Counted from the first letter of the stretch, positions 19,018-28,729 are shown. The stretch is 64,000 nucleotides of DNA from Candidatus Bathyarchaeia archaeon (GCA_050013255.1 JBEKFP010000001.1:96001-160000), one strand, 5' to 3'. Notes: a model not told the origin generated them from the letters alone. Program-made: numbers and translations.

Positions 19018-19756
19018 CTGCTTCGGTGAGGCTACCTACCGTCGCCTCCGGCTCAGCCTGGTGTGCAGCTTCTACCGGTTTCCGGAGCACATGAATCGAA
19101 CGCATTCCAACCCTCCTTGCCCCGCATATGTCCGCCTCCAGCGAATCTCCAACAAAGACAGTGTCCGAAGATTTGACCGCCAACTCGCTAAGTGTGCGTG
19201 TGAAGATTTCTGGCCTGGGTTTTCTAATTCGCAATGAGGCCGAGGTGACGACGCTGCCGAAATATTCCGTGATATCATTTTTCTCTAGAATTGCGCGAAC
19301 TGCCCAATCGCTCTTCGCGTTTGAGACTAGCCCCATCTTGAACCCTTCATCTCTGAGGGTCGTTAATGTCTCAAGGGTGTCTGGGTACAGTTGCCAAGCT
19401 TCAACCTCGGGCGCAAAGAATTCAATTTCCGCGTTTCGAATCAAATCAACGCCTAGAACTTCTAACCTAGATTTTCGAAGTGTTTTTGCGATTATGTCCG
19501 CCATCGGGATTTCTACCTTGTAGAGGTCGGCTCTGGACGCGGCGTCCTCGAAAATGCGGATGAATGTCCCAGCGAACTGTTGATAGTCTAGCCGAAACCC
19601 TAATTTCTTGAGATAATCGTGGAGTGATTCTATGTTGTCGTTGAATACGTCGTCCCAAGGCCTGCTCATATGGACAAGTGTATCCCCTAGGTCGAGCAAC
19701 ACAGCGTTGAGCAATGAAATCACGTATTCGCGTTCCTGGAGCTTGGAGAAGCACAT
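18944..19756 (-). CDS. HAD-family hydrolase
   Basis: DLGDTL; VSNA; RKPRPEIF; VGDSLEADI. Confidence 0.88.
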   Translation of the reverse strand: MCFSKLQEREYVISLLNAVLLDLGDTLVHMSRPWDDVFNDNIESLHDYLKKLGFRLDYQQFAGTFIRIFEDAASRADLYKVEIPMADIIAKTLRKSRLEVLGVDLIRNAEIEFFAPEVEAWQLYPDTLETLTTLRDEGFKMGLVSNAKSDWAVRAILEKNDITEYFGSVVTSASLRIRKPRPEIFTRTLSELAVKSSDTVFVGDSLEADICGARRVGMRSIHVLRKPVEAAHQAEPEATVGSLTEAASQITAWKNGSLEQPPTLPRHGPP

Positions 19757-19841
19757 AACTCTTTGTTAGCCGCGCTGAGAGTGGCGCGTCTATCCACGTG
19801 TTATAAAAGAGCGTACCGATGATTGAATCATCGTGTGCGAC

Positions 19842-21182
19842 ATGCCTTCCGATTCGACTGGTATCGTCTTCCATGGTGGCGTGGGTGAAATCGGAGGGAA
19901 CAAGATTCTCATTGAAGACAAAGGGACGCGGGTGGTACTTGACTTTGGTATGAGTTACTCTGACCGGCGTAAGTTCTTCTTTGACCCGATGCTTTCACCG
20001 GGCGACGAGCGAGACCTCCTTGAATTTGGAATTCTTCCGAACATCAAAGGCATTTACGAATTTGAGGACTCGAAGCCGTCTATCGACGCAGTTTTCCTCT
20101 CACACGCCCATGGAGACCACTGGGGCTACATCTCATTCCTGAAAAGAGAGATACCACTCCACTGCGGCGATACTTGCGCCCGAATTCTTGAAGCAATATC
20201 AGCCACAAAGGTGAGGCATTTCGAATCAGATATTCGAGGGCTTCAGTTTCAAACCTTCAGAACCGGGAATACGATCAAAGTGGGAAACATAGAGGTAACG
20301 CCGTGCCACGTCGACCATTCCATCCCAGGTGCCTACGGTTTCATCATAAGGACGTCGCAAGGTTCCATAGCTTACACGGCTGACTTTCGAGTCCACGGAA
20401 CCAAACCACAGTTAACAGACGATTTCGTCGAACTCGCTGCCAAATCTAGTCCGGAGGTGCTGCTGGCTGAGGGAACAAACATTCTTGGCGGACATGTCAC
20501 GAGTGAACCCGAAGTTAAGTCTAAAGTCAACCAACTAATCTCGACGACAAAAAACCTCGTCCTAGCCAACTTCTCCAATGTGGACATTGACCGGATACGG
20601 ACCTTTTATGAGGTCGCCAAGGAGAACGACAGAATGCTTGCGATCTCTCTGAAACAGGCGTATCTCCTCAACCAACTGTCATCGGACCCAAAGCTAGGAC
20701 TTCCTAAGGTTCTCGACGCTAGCGAGAATATAGCGGTATTCAGACGGTCCAAGAAACGGTACTACGATTGGGAAGAGGCCGTGATGGACAAGGCAAAAAT
20801 AATTGCCAGCGAGGAACTGAGAGAACAGCAGGACAAGTTCGTAGTAGCCTTCTCAATGCCAGACTTCAAAGAACTCGTCGATATAAGGCCGAAGGCCGGG
20901 AGTGTGTTCGTACTCTCAACATCAGAACCATTCAATGAGGAACAGGAATTCGAGTTCGAAAGGTTACAGAATTGGCTAGACCATTTCGGCCTACCAATGT
21001 ACCACATACATTGCTCGGGGCACATAATGCCCAGCGAACTCAAAGCAAACATTCAACGAATCAAACCACGAAAACTGTTCCCTATTCACACAGATCATCC
21101 TGGTCTTTACGCTAAATACGTCGCCGACTTAGCGAAAATAGAGTGCCCTTTGAGGGGCCGGAGGTACGAAGTCGGCGCTTGA
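19842..21182 (+). CDS. Metallo-beta-lactamase / beta-CASP ribonuclease J-like
   Basis: GGVGEIGGNK; SHAHGDH; VDHSIPGA; HCSGH; PIHTDH. Confidence 0.85.
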   Translation: MPSDSTGIVFHGGVGEIGGNKILIEDKGTRVVLDFGMSYSDRRKFFFDPMLSPGDERDLLEFGILPNIKGIYEFEDSKPSIDAVFLSHAHGDHWGYISFLKREIPLHCGDTCARILEAISATKVRHFESDIRGLQFQTFRTGNTIKVGNIEVTPCHVDHSIPGAYGFIIRTSQGSIAYTADFRVHGTKPQLTDDFVELAAKSSPEVLLAEGTNILGGHVTSEPEVKSKVNQLISTTKNLVLANFSNVDIDRIRTFYEVAKENDRMLAISLKQAYLLNQLSSDPKLGLPKVLDASENIAVFRRSKKRYYDWEEAVMDKAKIIASEELREQQDKFVVAFSMPDFKELVDIRPKAGSVFVLSTSEPFNEEQEFEFERLQNWLDHFGLPMYHIHCSGHIMPSELKANIQRIKPRKLFPIHTDHPGLYAKYVADLAKIECPLRGRRYEVGA

Positions 21183-21185
21183 GGG

Positions 21186-21701
21186 TTAGAAGCGCTCGAA
21201 CTCAACCCTTAGCGTCATGCCCTTTAGTTCTTGGGCGATCTTGCGGACTTTTTCCAAGTCGACGGGCATTCGCCGCGGCTCTCTCCCGGTTAGTATGACT
21301 TTGGTTTCTTGGGTTCCATCTGGAATCCAAACCGTGTTTATGGTAAGAATTGAGAGTGGGCTGAAGAGGTCCTCCAGGAAGTCTCGGTCGTCCCCGCCGT
21401 AGCTGATGAGTTTTACTCGTTTGCCAAAGGTCTCTCCAAGATCCTTAACGATTTTCGCTCCGCCGCCGAGTAGCTTGGGCATGTCCTTCTTGTCCACAAG
21501 TACGGCCATGACGCCGTCAGCTTCAACAGACCTATGATAAGTAACGTCTTGGAGAACTGGATTATCCTTTTCGAGTTCAACTATCCGCTGGATTACCTTA
21601 AGGTCTAACTCGGTGACCAGCCCCTTCTCAACCTTCTCTTCACAACGCCGACATAGAATGCCGGACTTCACGCAAAATGCGTCCAGAATTGTCTTTACCA
21701 T
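21186..21701 (-). CDS. Archaeal NusA-like KH-domain protein with an N-terminal Cys cluster
   Basis: FCVKSGILCRRCEEKV; LLGGGAKIVKDL KH-like segment; INTVWIPDG. Confidence 0.8.
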   Translation of the reverse strand: MVKTILDAFCVKSGILCRRCEEKVEKGLVTELDLKVIQRIVELEKDNPVLQDVTYHRSVEADGVMAVLVDKKDMPKLLGGGAKIVKDLGETFGKRVKLISYGGDDRDFLEDLFSPLSILTINTVWIPDGTQETKVILTGREPRRMPVDLEKVRKIAQELKGMTLRVEFERF

Positions 21702-21868
21702 TCACTTTCAACTATATCTTGGTCCCAACGATCGTCGGCTGGCTGCGCGTTTGCGCTTCCAGCGTCATCGCAGTGCACGAGGTCGAGCAAACTATTTGAA
21801 GATATTGTCTTTTCAACAAGTTCGAAGTTGAAAACTGAGAATTATTCTTAAGATCTGAAGTGGTTACT

Positions 21869-22756
21869 CTATACCTGCCCGAGTCCAGTGAGTTCACGGC
21901 TGACCTCCCAGAGATGTTTTGCAACTTCCAAATCATAGGATTCCTTCGAAGACTTCATTTCGGATTGCTTTGCGAAGTATTTACCAGTAGAGTGCTCAAC
22001 TTCAGGAGATGATGCCAACCATACTACTGTCTTTGCGCCTTGCTCCGGGCTTAGCATCAATGGGGCGAAAACTCTCACAATTAAACCCATGAAACCCCCG
22101 TTGTTTCGGCCAAAGTTCGTCCTCACAGATCCTGGGTGAACGCAATTGACCGTAACTCCAGTTCCCTCCAATCGCCTAGCTAATTCGTAAGTGAAGAGGA
22201 CGTTTGCAAGCTTCGATTGGGGATATGATTTCCACCCACTATACTTTCGCTCGCCCTGAAGATCATCGAAGTTGATATGTCCCCTACTCTGCGCTTCAGA
22301 GCTGACGTTCACGATTCTTGACGGTGCGCTCGCCTTCATCAAATCTAACAGCAGATAAGTAAGAAGGAAGTGAGCCAGGTGATTGATGGCGAATGTTGCT
22401 TCGAAACCATCGGCCGTGACAACACGCTTACTCACGTAGATGCCCGCATTGTTAACGAGAACGTCGAGGCGGGAGAACTTCTGTCGGAAGTCATCCGCAA
22501 AGGAGCGGACAGAGTCGAGGCGAGCAAGATCAACCAAACCTACGCTCAAATCTTGATTATTGGATTCTCTGATGATCTCCTGTCTAGCCGCTTCTCCTCG
22601 CCCAGAGTCTCGGCACGCAAGCACGACAGTAGCTCCAAGTGCAGCAAGTCCGCTCGCAGTTGCCTTTCCAATACCAGAGCTTGACCCCGTTACCAAGCAA
22701 ACCTTTCCATGCAACAGACCGGTTTTCTTATCGGTTTCCAATTTACTGGAACTCAT
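21869..22756 (-). CDS. Short-chain dehydrogenase/reductase (retinol dehydrogenase-like)
   Basis: TGSSSGIG; NNAG; YPQSK; HPG. Confidence 0.9.
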   Translation of the reverse strand: MSSSKLETDKKTGLLHGKVCLVTGSSSGIGKATASGLAALGATVVLACRDSGRGEAARQEIIRESNNQDLSVGLVDLARLDSVRSFADDFRQKFSRLDVLVNNAGIYVSKRVVTADGFEATFAINHLAHFLLTYLLLDLMKASAPSRIVNVSSEAQSRGHINFDDLQGERKYSGWKSYPQSKLANVLFTYELARRLEGTGVTVNCVHPGSVRTNFGRNNGGFMGLIVRVFAPLMLSPEQGAKTVVWLASSPEVEHSTGKYFAKQSEMKSSKESYDLEVAKHLWEVSRELTGLGQV

Positions 22757-22916
22757 TGTAGTTTACCCAACTATTGACAACTGGGGCATCTATATGTTGT
22801 CGGGTCTAACCATAATCCAATATGCTCCACAGGGATTGATAGTTCAAGCGTTGTTTTATTACGGAATCCAAGCAGTCTAGGGCACACGTTTACAGGATTC
22901 ACGGACGAGGATCGAT

Positions 22917-24062
22917 TTGAAGCTCTTCGAATATGAAGCGAAGGAAATCGCGCAACAGTACGGCGTTCCTGTTCCAAAAGGGTTAGTCGCGTCAACCCCC
23001 CAAGAAGCGAAGGATGCTTACTTGAAGCTCGGCCAGCCTTCGATGGTTAAGGCTCAGGTTCTGGTTGCGGGTCGGGGCAAGGCGGGAGGAATCAAACCAG
23101 CCTCAAGCCCTGAGGAGGCAGAGGAGGTTGCAAGGCTAATCCTTTCGATGTCAGTCAAGGGTGAGAAAGTTGCTAAGGTTCTTGTTGAACAGAAACTAGC
23201 CAGCAAACATGAGCGGTACGTCAGCATCGTTGTCGACCGAGCGTCGCGTTGCTACACAATTCTGTGCTCGACGGACGGTGGCGTAGACATTGAACAGGTC
23301 GCTAACGAGCACCCTGAAAGAATCATCCGGCATAAGCTTGAACCACTAATTGGGCTGCAGGATTTTGAGAGCAGAGCCGTCGCGAAGGGGATAGGGTATT
23401 CTGGTAAGCAGATGAACCAGGTAGCCTCCATCATCAACAAGCTCTTCAAAATCATGCTCGACTACGACGCTGAACTAATCGAATCTAATCCGCTAATTGA
23501 AACAGAGGCCGGAGAGCTAATTGCCGCTGACCTAAGGATCCTCTTAGATGATAACGCGCTCTTCAGGCACCAGAAATTCCTCGAACGCATGAAAACGCTT
23601 GAACCTGATATGACACAACTTGAGATTAAGGCACGGGAGAAAGGTTTGGCCTATGTTGAGCTCGATGGCGAGGTTGGAATTATCGGAAACGGCGCAGGCC
23701 TGGTCATGGCTACATTGGATATGATACTGGATTACAAGGGTAAGCCTGCGAACTTCTGCGACGTGGGCGGTGGTGCCAGCGAAGAAAGAATTGCCGCTGC
23801 CCTTGAGATCGTGCTTGCCAACCCGAAAGTGAAGGTGCTTCTGATCAACATTATGGGTGGAATTACACGGTGCGATGACGTTGCGAGAGCAATTCTTGAT
23901 ATTCAGAAGAAAATGGGCATCACCAAACCTATGGTCATCCGATTAGTAGGAACCAATGAGAAAGAGGGACAGAAGATTCTCGCCGAGGCTAACATACCCT
24001 CACTGAACAGCATGGAAGAATCTGCGGCAAAAGCTGTGGAGTTAATTCCGAAGGCGAAGTAG
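22917..24062 (+). CDS. sucC: Succinate--CoA ligase (ADP-forming) beta subunit
   Basis: MKLFEYEAK; [15 protein letters not shown]; GNGAGL; [10 protein letters not shown]; GGITRCD. Confidence 0.92.
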   Translation: MKLFEYEAKEIAQQYGVPVPKGLVASTPQEAKDAYLKLGQPSMVKAQVLVAGRGKAGGIKPASSPEEAEEVARLILSMSVKGEKVAKVLVEQKLASKHERYVSIVVDRASRCYTILCSTDGGVDIEQVANEHPERIIRHKLEPLIGLQDFESRAVAKGIGYSGKQMNQVASIINKLFKIMLDYDAELIESNPLIETEAGELIAADLRILLDDNALFRHQKFLERMKTLEPDMTQLEIKAREKGLAYVELDGEVGIIGNGAGLVMATLDMILDYKGKPANFCDVGGGASEERIAAALEIVLANPKVKVLLINIMGGITRCDDVARAILDIQKKMGITKPMVIRLVGTNEKEGQKILAEANIPSLNSMEESAAKAVELIPKAK

Positions 24063-24063
24063 A

Positions 24064-24930
24064 ATGCCAATCCTAGTGGGAAGGAAAACCAAGGCGATCG
24101 TCCAAGGCATTACTGGTTCACAAGGAGACTTTCACACAAAGCTGATGCTTGAATATGGAAGCAAAATAGTTGCAGGAACCACACCCGGTAAAGGCGGAAC
24201 CGTGGTGCATGGGGTCCCGGTTTTCGACTCGGTCCAGGAAGCTGTTGAGAAGTTCAAAGCCACCGCGTCTATCATCTTCGTTCCAGCCCCAGGCGCCAAG
24301 GACGCCGCTCTCGAAGCCATCGCCGCCGGCCTCAACCCGGTCATAGTCATTACAGAAGGAATTCCTGTCAAGGATGAGATCCAGATGATGGAAGTCGCCA
24401 AGCTGAAGGGAGCCACCATCATCGGACCAAATACGCCTGGTATCATAACGCCGGGGCAATGCAAGCTGGGCATAATGCCTGGGCACATCTTCAAACCCGG
24501 CAAGGTAGGGTTAGTTTCTAGGAGTGGAACGTTGACATACGAAATCGCTGCCAGCCTCACCAACGCCGGCCTTGGACAATCCACCTGCCTCGGAGTTGGG
24601 GGTGACCCAGTTGTAGGTTTGAGCTTCGTAGACGTCCTTGAAATGTTCAGGAAAGACACTGCAACAAGGGCTATTGCGATGATCGGCGAAATTGGAGGTA
24701 ACGCCGAAGAAATGGCTGCTGAATACGTAAGGAAGACCAAATACCCGAAGCCAATCGCCGCTTATGTTGCTGGACGTGCCGCCCCCCCAGGAAAACGCAT
24801 GGGACACGCGGGTGCAATCATCACCGGGAAGGCTGGAACAGCCGAAACGAAAATCGAAGCCCTCAAACACGCAGGAGTGAAGATTGCTCTCAAACCTGGC
24901 GAGATTGCGAAACTCCTCAAACGACGTTAA
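24064..24930 (+). CDS. sucD: Succinate--CoA ligase alpha subunit
   Basis: QGITGSQG; GPNTPG; SRSGTLTYE; KRMGHAGA phospho-His motif. Confidence 0.93.
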   Translation: MPILVGRKTKAIVQGITGSQGDFHTKLMLEYGSKIVAGTTPGKGGTVVHGVPVFDSVQEAVEKFKATASIIFVPAPGAKDAALEAIAAGLNPVIVITEGIPVKDEIQMMEVAKLKGATIIGPNTPGIITPGQCKLGIMPGHIFKPGKVGLVSRSGTLTYEIAASLTNAGLGQSTCLGVGGDPVVGLSFVDVLEMFRKDTATRAIAMIGEIGGNAEEMAAEYVRKTKYPKPIAAYVAGRAAPPGKRMGHAGAIITGKAGTAETKIEALKHAGVKIALKPGEIAKLLKRR

Positions 24931-25016
24931 ACAACCCCATCTGTCAACCTAACGTTTTCTTGAACATCGAATTAATAGCGCTGCAACTGAAACAAAGCTG
25001 GGAATGGTAGTTTCCG

Positions 25017-26333
25017 TTGTTGAGACGAACACATTACACGGACGAAATAGAAAACGCGAAAGGCCAATCAGTCGTCTTAGCTGGGTGGGTCCACGACATT
25101 AAGGATCTCGCTCGGGCGAGATTCATTTGGCTAAGGGATCGGCAAGGTATAGCGCAGGTCACGATAATCAAAGCAAACGCCACGCCTGAGATACTGAAGC
25201 TATCAGGAAGCCTGGGTAAGGAAGATGTCATCACGGTTGAAGGTACTCCCGTCAAAGAAAGGATCGCTAAAGTCGGAGCCGAGATTACACCAACCAGGAT
25301 TGAAATCGTCGTCAAAGCAGAGGCAGCCCCCCCACTTGACATTTCCGGAAAGATTGAGTCTAACTTGGACGCGCGCCTTGATTGGCGTGTGATCGACTTA
25401 CGGAGGCGGGAAAACCTCGCAATCTTCCAGATCCAATCAAAACTCGTTGAGGGAATGGTAGAATACCTCCAACAGAGAGGCTACCTGCAAGTCTTCACAC
25501 CCTGCCTGCTTGGTGGAACATCCGAAGGCGGCGCGGAAGTTTTCAAACTAGATTACTTCGGCAAAGAAGCCTTTCTGCGACAGGACCCACAACTCCACAG
25601 GCAGTTGTGCATAGCAGCGGGGTTCGACAAAATCTACGACCTGGGACCAAATTGGCGGGCTGAACTCTCCCACACCCCTCGCCATCTTTGCGAGCATAGA
25701 GGGATGGCGGTTGAATTTGGTTTCATGAACGACGAGGCCGACATGATGAGAGTTGAAGAAGAAATGGTTGTAGCCGCAATGAAGAAGGTTAGAGAGAACT
25801 GCACGAAACAACTTGAACTCCTGCAAATTCAAGTGGAGATTCCGAAGACGCCACTTCCTGTAATGAGATTTCCCGAAGTCTACGAAATACTTGGCGAGTA
25901 TGGCAAGAAGTTACCGCACGGAAGCGACCTGGACAAAGAAAGCGAAACCTTGCTGAGCAATCACGTTCAGGAGAAACATAAGTCCGACATGTTTTTCATT
26001 GATAGGTACCCGTTCAAAGTCAAACCCTTCTACGTTATGCGCGTCGACGAGGAACCTGAATGGTCCCGAGGCGTCGACCTCGTGTACAGGGACACCGAGC
26101 AATCGTCGGGTGGCCAGCGGGAACACCGACACGAGAAGATCATGGCCCAGTTGCGGGAGAAGAATGTTAACCCTGAAGCAATGAAATGGTTCACCGAACC
26201 CTTCAAGTTCGGCGTCCCACCCCACGGCGGCTTCTGCCTGGGCATTGAGAGGTTCACGATGGCCTTACTCAAGAAGGAAAACGTGAAAGAAACGACCCTC
26301 TTCCCCCGCACACCCGAACGCCTCTTGCCGTAG
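25017..26333 (+). CDS. aspS: Aspartate--tRNA ligase (archaeal type)
   Basis: RTHY...AGWVH OB fold; EGGAEVF; SGGQREHR; GVPPHGGFCLGIER; FPRTPERLLP. Confidence 0.93.
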   Translation: MLRRTHYTDEIENAKGQSVVLAGWVHDIKDLARARFIWLRDRQGIAQVTIIKANATPEILKLSGSLGKEDVITVEGTPVKERIAKVGAEITPTRIEIVVKAEAAPPLDISGKIESNLDARLDWRVIDLRRRENLAIFQIQSKLVEGMVEYLQQRGYLQVFTPCLLGGTSEGGAEVFKLDYFGKEAFLRQDPQLHRQLCIAAGFDKIYDLGPNWRAELSHTPRHLCEHRGMAVEFGFMNDEADMMRVEEEMVVAAMKKVRENCTKQLELLQIQVEIPKTPLPVMRFPEVYEILGEYGKKLPHGSDLDKESETLLSNHVQEKHKSDMFFIDRYPFKVKPFYVMRVDEEPEWSRGVDLVYRDTEQSSGGQREHRHEKIMAQLREKNVNPEAMKWFTEPFKFGVPPHGGFCLGIERFTMALLKKENVKETTLFPRTPERLLP

Positions 26334-26342
26334 CTTAGAAAA

Positions 26343-26373
26343 GTGGTGGGTTCCAATCCGACCGGCCCCACCA
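26343..26373 (+). repeat. tRNA 3'-end fragment 1 (T-arm + acceptor 3' strand + CCA), att-like scar
   Basis: GTGGTGGGTTCCAATCCGACCGGCCCCACCA; 26349-26373 matches 28705-28729 at 23/25; no 5' tRNA half upstream (aspS stop is at 26333). Confidence 0.8.
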
Positions 26374-26375
26374 CG

Positions 26376-26487
26376 TCATGGGATTAATAGCCAGTTTCTT
26401 ACCCTGTTCCACTCAGCTGTCATCCAAGCGAGACTGACATACTCGATCGTCAGTCCACGACGTAGAAGCCTTAACTGCTGTTCACTT
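26376..26487 (-). pseudogene. N-terminal fragment of a cation-diffusion-facilitator-like transporter
   Basis: SEQQLRLLRRGLTIEYVSLAWMTAE resembles the CDF start 'RRGLxLEYxxxxW..xE'; the frame ends at the tRNA fragment. Confidence 0.5.
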
Positions 26488-26955
26488 ACTGCGCTTAGGC
26501 CTGGAATTGTACTCTTTCCTGGTTGGAAGTTCATCTTGTTGAAGCCAAGACGGGTGCTGCTCGGCGTAGTCAACAAAGCGTTCCATACGCTTTACAGTAT
26601 CCTTGTGGACGTGATGCTCGATACCTTCCGCGTCAGATTTGGCGATTTTCTCTTCGACGCCGAGAATTCTAAGGAATTTGAGGATCGTACGATGTCTCTG
26701 CTGCACAGATTTCGCTAACTGTTCTCCACTGCTTGTCAGAGTGAGGCCTCGGTAACGCACATAGACGATGAATCCCTTTGCATGTAATCTCTGAAGCATG
26801 ACTGTAACGCTAGATGGTTTGACAGCAAGAAGTTCTGCAATGTCTGCTGATCTAGCGTAGCCCTTCTTCTGTATGAGTTCGTAGACGACTTCAAGGTAAT
26901 CTTCAACTCGTGTGAGGTCGAAAGCAGGGTTCAGTCGCGAGCCTTGAGTCATCAC
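26482..26955 (-). CDS. mntR: DtxR/MntR-family metal-dependent transcriptional regulator
   Basis: EDYLEVVYEL; ARSADIAELL; SVTVMLQRL; DAEGIEHH. Confidence 0.92.
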   Translation of the reverse strand: MMTQGSRLNPAFDLTRVEDYLEVVYELIQKKGYARSADIAELLAVKPSSVTVMLQRLHAKGFIVYVRYRGLTLTSSGEQLAKSVQQRHRTILKFLRILGVEEKIAKSDAEGIEHHVHKDTVKRMERFVDYAEQHPSWLQQDELPTRKEYNSRPKRSK

Positions 26956-27146
26956 ATTGGCACTTCCCGTACTGATGAGAAAAACAGGTAGGCATTAGGC
27001 TGAATGATTCTGTCGGCTGAGATCAAAGCTGGGACTAGCGCGATTCTTCTGTTGAACTCTTTCATCATTTTCTGCTCCCTTATGTCTCAACAGCCTTCTT
27101 CTTTCACCATCATTGTCACTTGTCAGTTTGTTCTTAGTAAGCCAGT

Positions 27147-28478
27147 TTATCGCAGCGTAGCGTAAACAAGATACAGATGATAGGCGCCGTAAGCCCCTAG
27201 AATCATAGCCTGCAGATAGACGCTGAATGGAGCCATAATATAGTATATCAGGTACGTGTTTAGCGCCACAATTACCGTCCCAGTTAACACACCGAGGAAT
27301 GTGGTTAAGCGTTTGTTGACAAGCTGCCCCATGAGGTCTTTCTTGGCGGTGTATACTAGCAGAGGTATCATGGGTAACGCGATCATCAGGCTCAGGAGTA
27401 CTTGGCTGTAGACCAACAGGGACAGCGGGTCTAGACCTAGAAGCACCGCTACCGTCGTTGGAAAAACGTTGAAACCTCTCGTGATAACCCTTCTGACCGT
27501 TTTGTTCACCTTTGTCCCCAGCAAGCCGTCCATGACCGCTTGACCAGCTAACGTTCCGGTCGTCGAGGAGGCAAGGCCGGAGCATAGCAGCGTCACAGCG
27601 AACATAATGGCGGCGACCGGTCCGTAGATTGGTATCATTATGCGGTACGCTTGGTCCACTGCTGACACGTTGGTGAACTTCGGGTAGAAGACCTGCGCGC
27701 TCACGATCAGGATCGCAGCATTGACCATCCCGGCGATCGTGAAAGCAAAGATGCTTTCGCTGGTATGGAGCTTCAACAATCGTTTCCTTTCCTCACCGGT
27801 GTGCTCCATCACTTTGTCCCTGGTCAGCGTGGAATGTACGTACAAAGCGTGTGGCATCACGGTCGCGCCGATGATGCCAACTATCAAGACTATGTTGTCG
27901 GGGTTAAGCGCGGGGGAGACAAAGGATTGAGCAAGCTGAGTTATGTTCAGGCCCGTCACGAAGACTTCGTAGAGGAAACCGAAACCGATGATCGATATGA
28001 ACACCATAAAGAAGTATTCGAGCGACCTGAAACTTCGCGATGTTAGAGCTAGCAGGATTAGGATATCAGCGGCGCCGAATATCGACGCGTAAAGGAGGGG
28101 TACGTTGAATAGTATGTTCAGGGCGAGAACAGTGCCTAGGTATTCGGCAAGGTCGGTGGCCGCGATTGCTGCTTCGGCCCCAATCCAGTTCAGAAAAATG
28201 TCAAACCTTCTTCTGCTCGACTTGTTAAGAGACTCTCTGACGAGTCCCGCTAAATCTTTGCCCGTTGCTATTCCTAGTTTTCCGGAGAGATACTGGAGGA
28301 GCATCGCCATGAAATTCGCCATCCAGACAACCCAGAGCAAACCGTAGTTGAATGCGGCCCCCGCCTGTATGTCTGTGCCGTAGTTCCCCGGGTCCATGTA
28401 TGCCATGCTGGTGATTAATGCGGGACCCGCGAAGATGAAAAGTGCACGATACTTGCTAACGAATCGCCGCATCTGCAA
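27147..28478 (-). CDS. mntH: Nramp-family divalent metal (Mn2+) transporter
   Basis: AYMDPGN; GATVMPHALYVHS; GTLAGQ; SQVLLS. Confidence 0.95.
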   Translation of the reverse strand: MQMRRFVSKYRALFIFAGPALITSMAYMDPGNYGTDIQAGAAFNYGLLWVVWMANFMAMLLQYLSGKLGIATGKDLAGLVRESLNKSSRRRFDIFLNWIGAEAAIAATDLAEYLGTVLALNILFNVPLLYASIFGAADILILLALTSRSFRSLEYFFMVFISIIGFGFLYEVFVTGLNITQLAQSFVSPALNPDNIVLIVGIIGATVMPHALYVHSTLTRDKVMEHTGEERKRLLKLHTSESIFAFTIAGMVNAAILIVSAQVFYPKFTNVSAVDQAYRIMIPIYGPVAAIMFAVTLLCSGLASSTTGTLAGQAVMDGLLGTKVNKTVRRVITRGFNVFPTTVAVLLGLDPLSLLVYSQVLLSLMIALPMIPLLVYTAKKDLMGQLVNKRLTTFLGVLTGTVIVALNTYLIYYIMAPFSVYLQAMILGAYGAYHLYLVYATLR

Positions 28479-28480
28479 AT

Positions 28481-28494
28481 TTAGATGAACCTAA
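28481..28494 (-). promoter_or_regulatory. Putative DtxR/MntR operator TTAG-N6-CTAA immediately upstream of mntH
   Basis: TTAGATGAACCTAA palindrome resembling the DtxR/SirR-family TTAGGTTAACCTAA core; abuts the mntH start. Confidence 0.65.
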
Positions 28495-28684
28495 CTAGTA
28501 TAGAAGCTACTATTTTTGATAGGCAAGCCAAGCCTTAAGTCTTTAGTTCTTTGCTTTGCCATTCAGCAAGATCGGCAAAGCAGTATTCGACCTGCCCGTA
28601 ATGCGCTGTCCTCGGGTATCAGGCCGTATTTTCTGAGCGGCCCACATCCCCGAATGGGAAGCCTGAACAGGCCTATTGGCTCTA

Positions 28685-28729
28685 TTGAACCCACGATATT
28701 GATAGGTTCAAATCCCACCGGCCCCACCA
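28685..28729 (+). repeat. tRNA 3'-end fragment 2 with an upstream 7-bp inverted repeat, att-like scar
   Basis: TTGAACC-CACGATATTGATA-GGTTCAAATCCCACCGGCCCCACCA. Confidence 0.8.

Noticed and set aside
24132-24740. Long antisense ORFs (also 1825-2289, 26995-27585, 41517-41993, 61488-62021)
   Set aside because: Shadow frames opposite well-supported genes, with no recognisable motifs
26972-27020. C/D-box sRNA or hammerhead ribozyme (CTGATGA...CTGA...CTGA)
   Set aside because: Guide lengths and the C' box are non-canonical, and there are no hammerhead stems around CTGATGA
26343-28729. The two tRNA fragments as split or permuted tRNA genes
   Set aside because: Each covers only the T-arm and acceptor strand, both have broken T-stems as written, and no complementary leader or BHB partner is visible; att-like scars fit better
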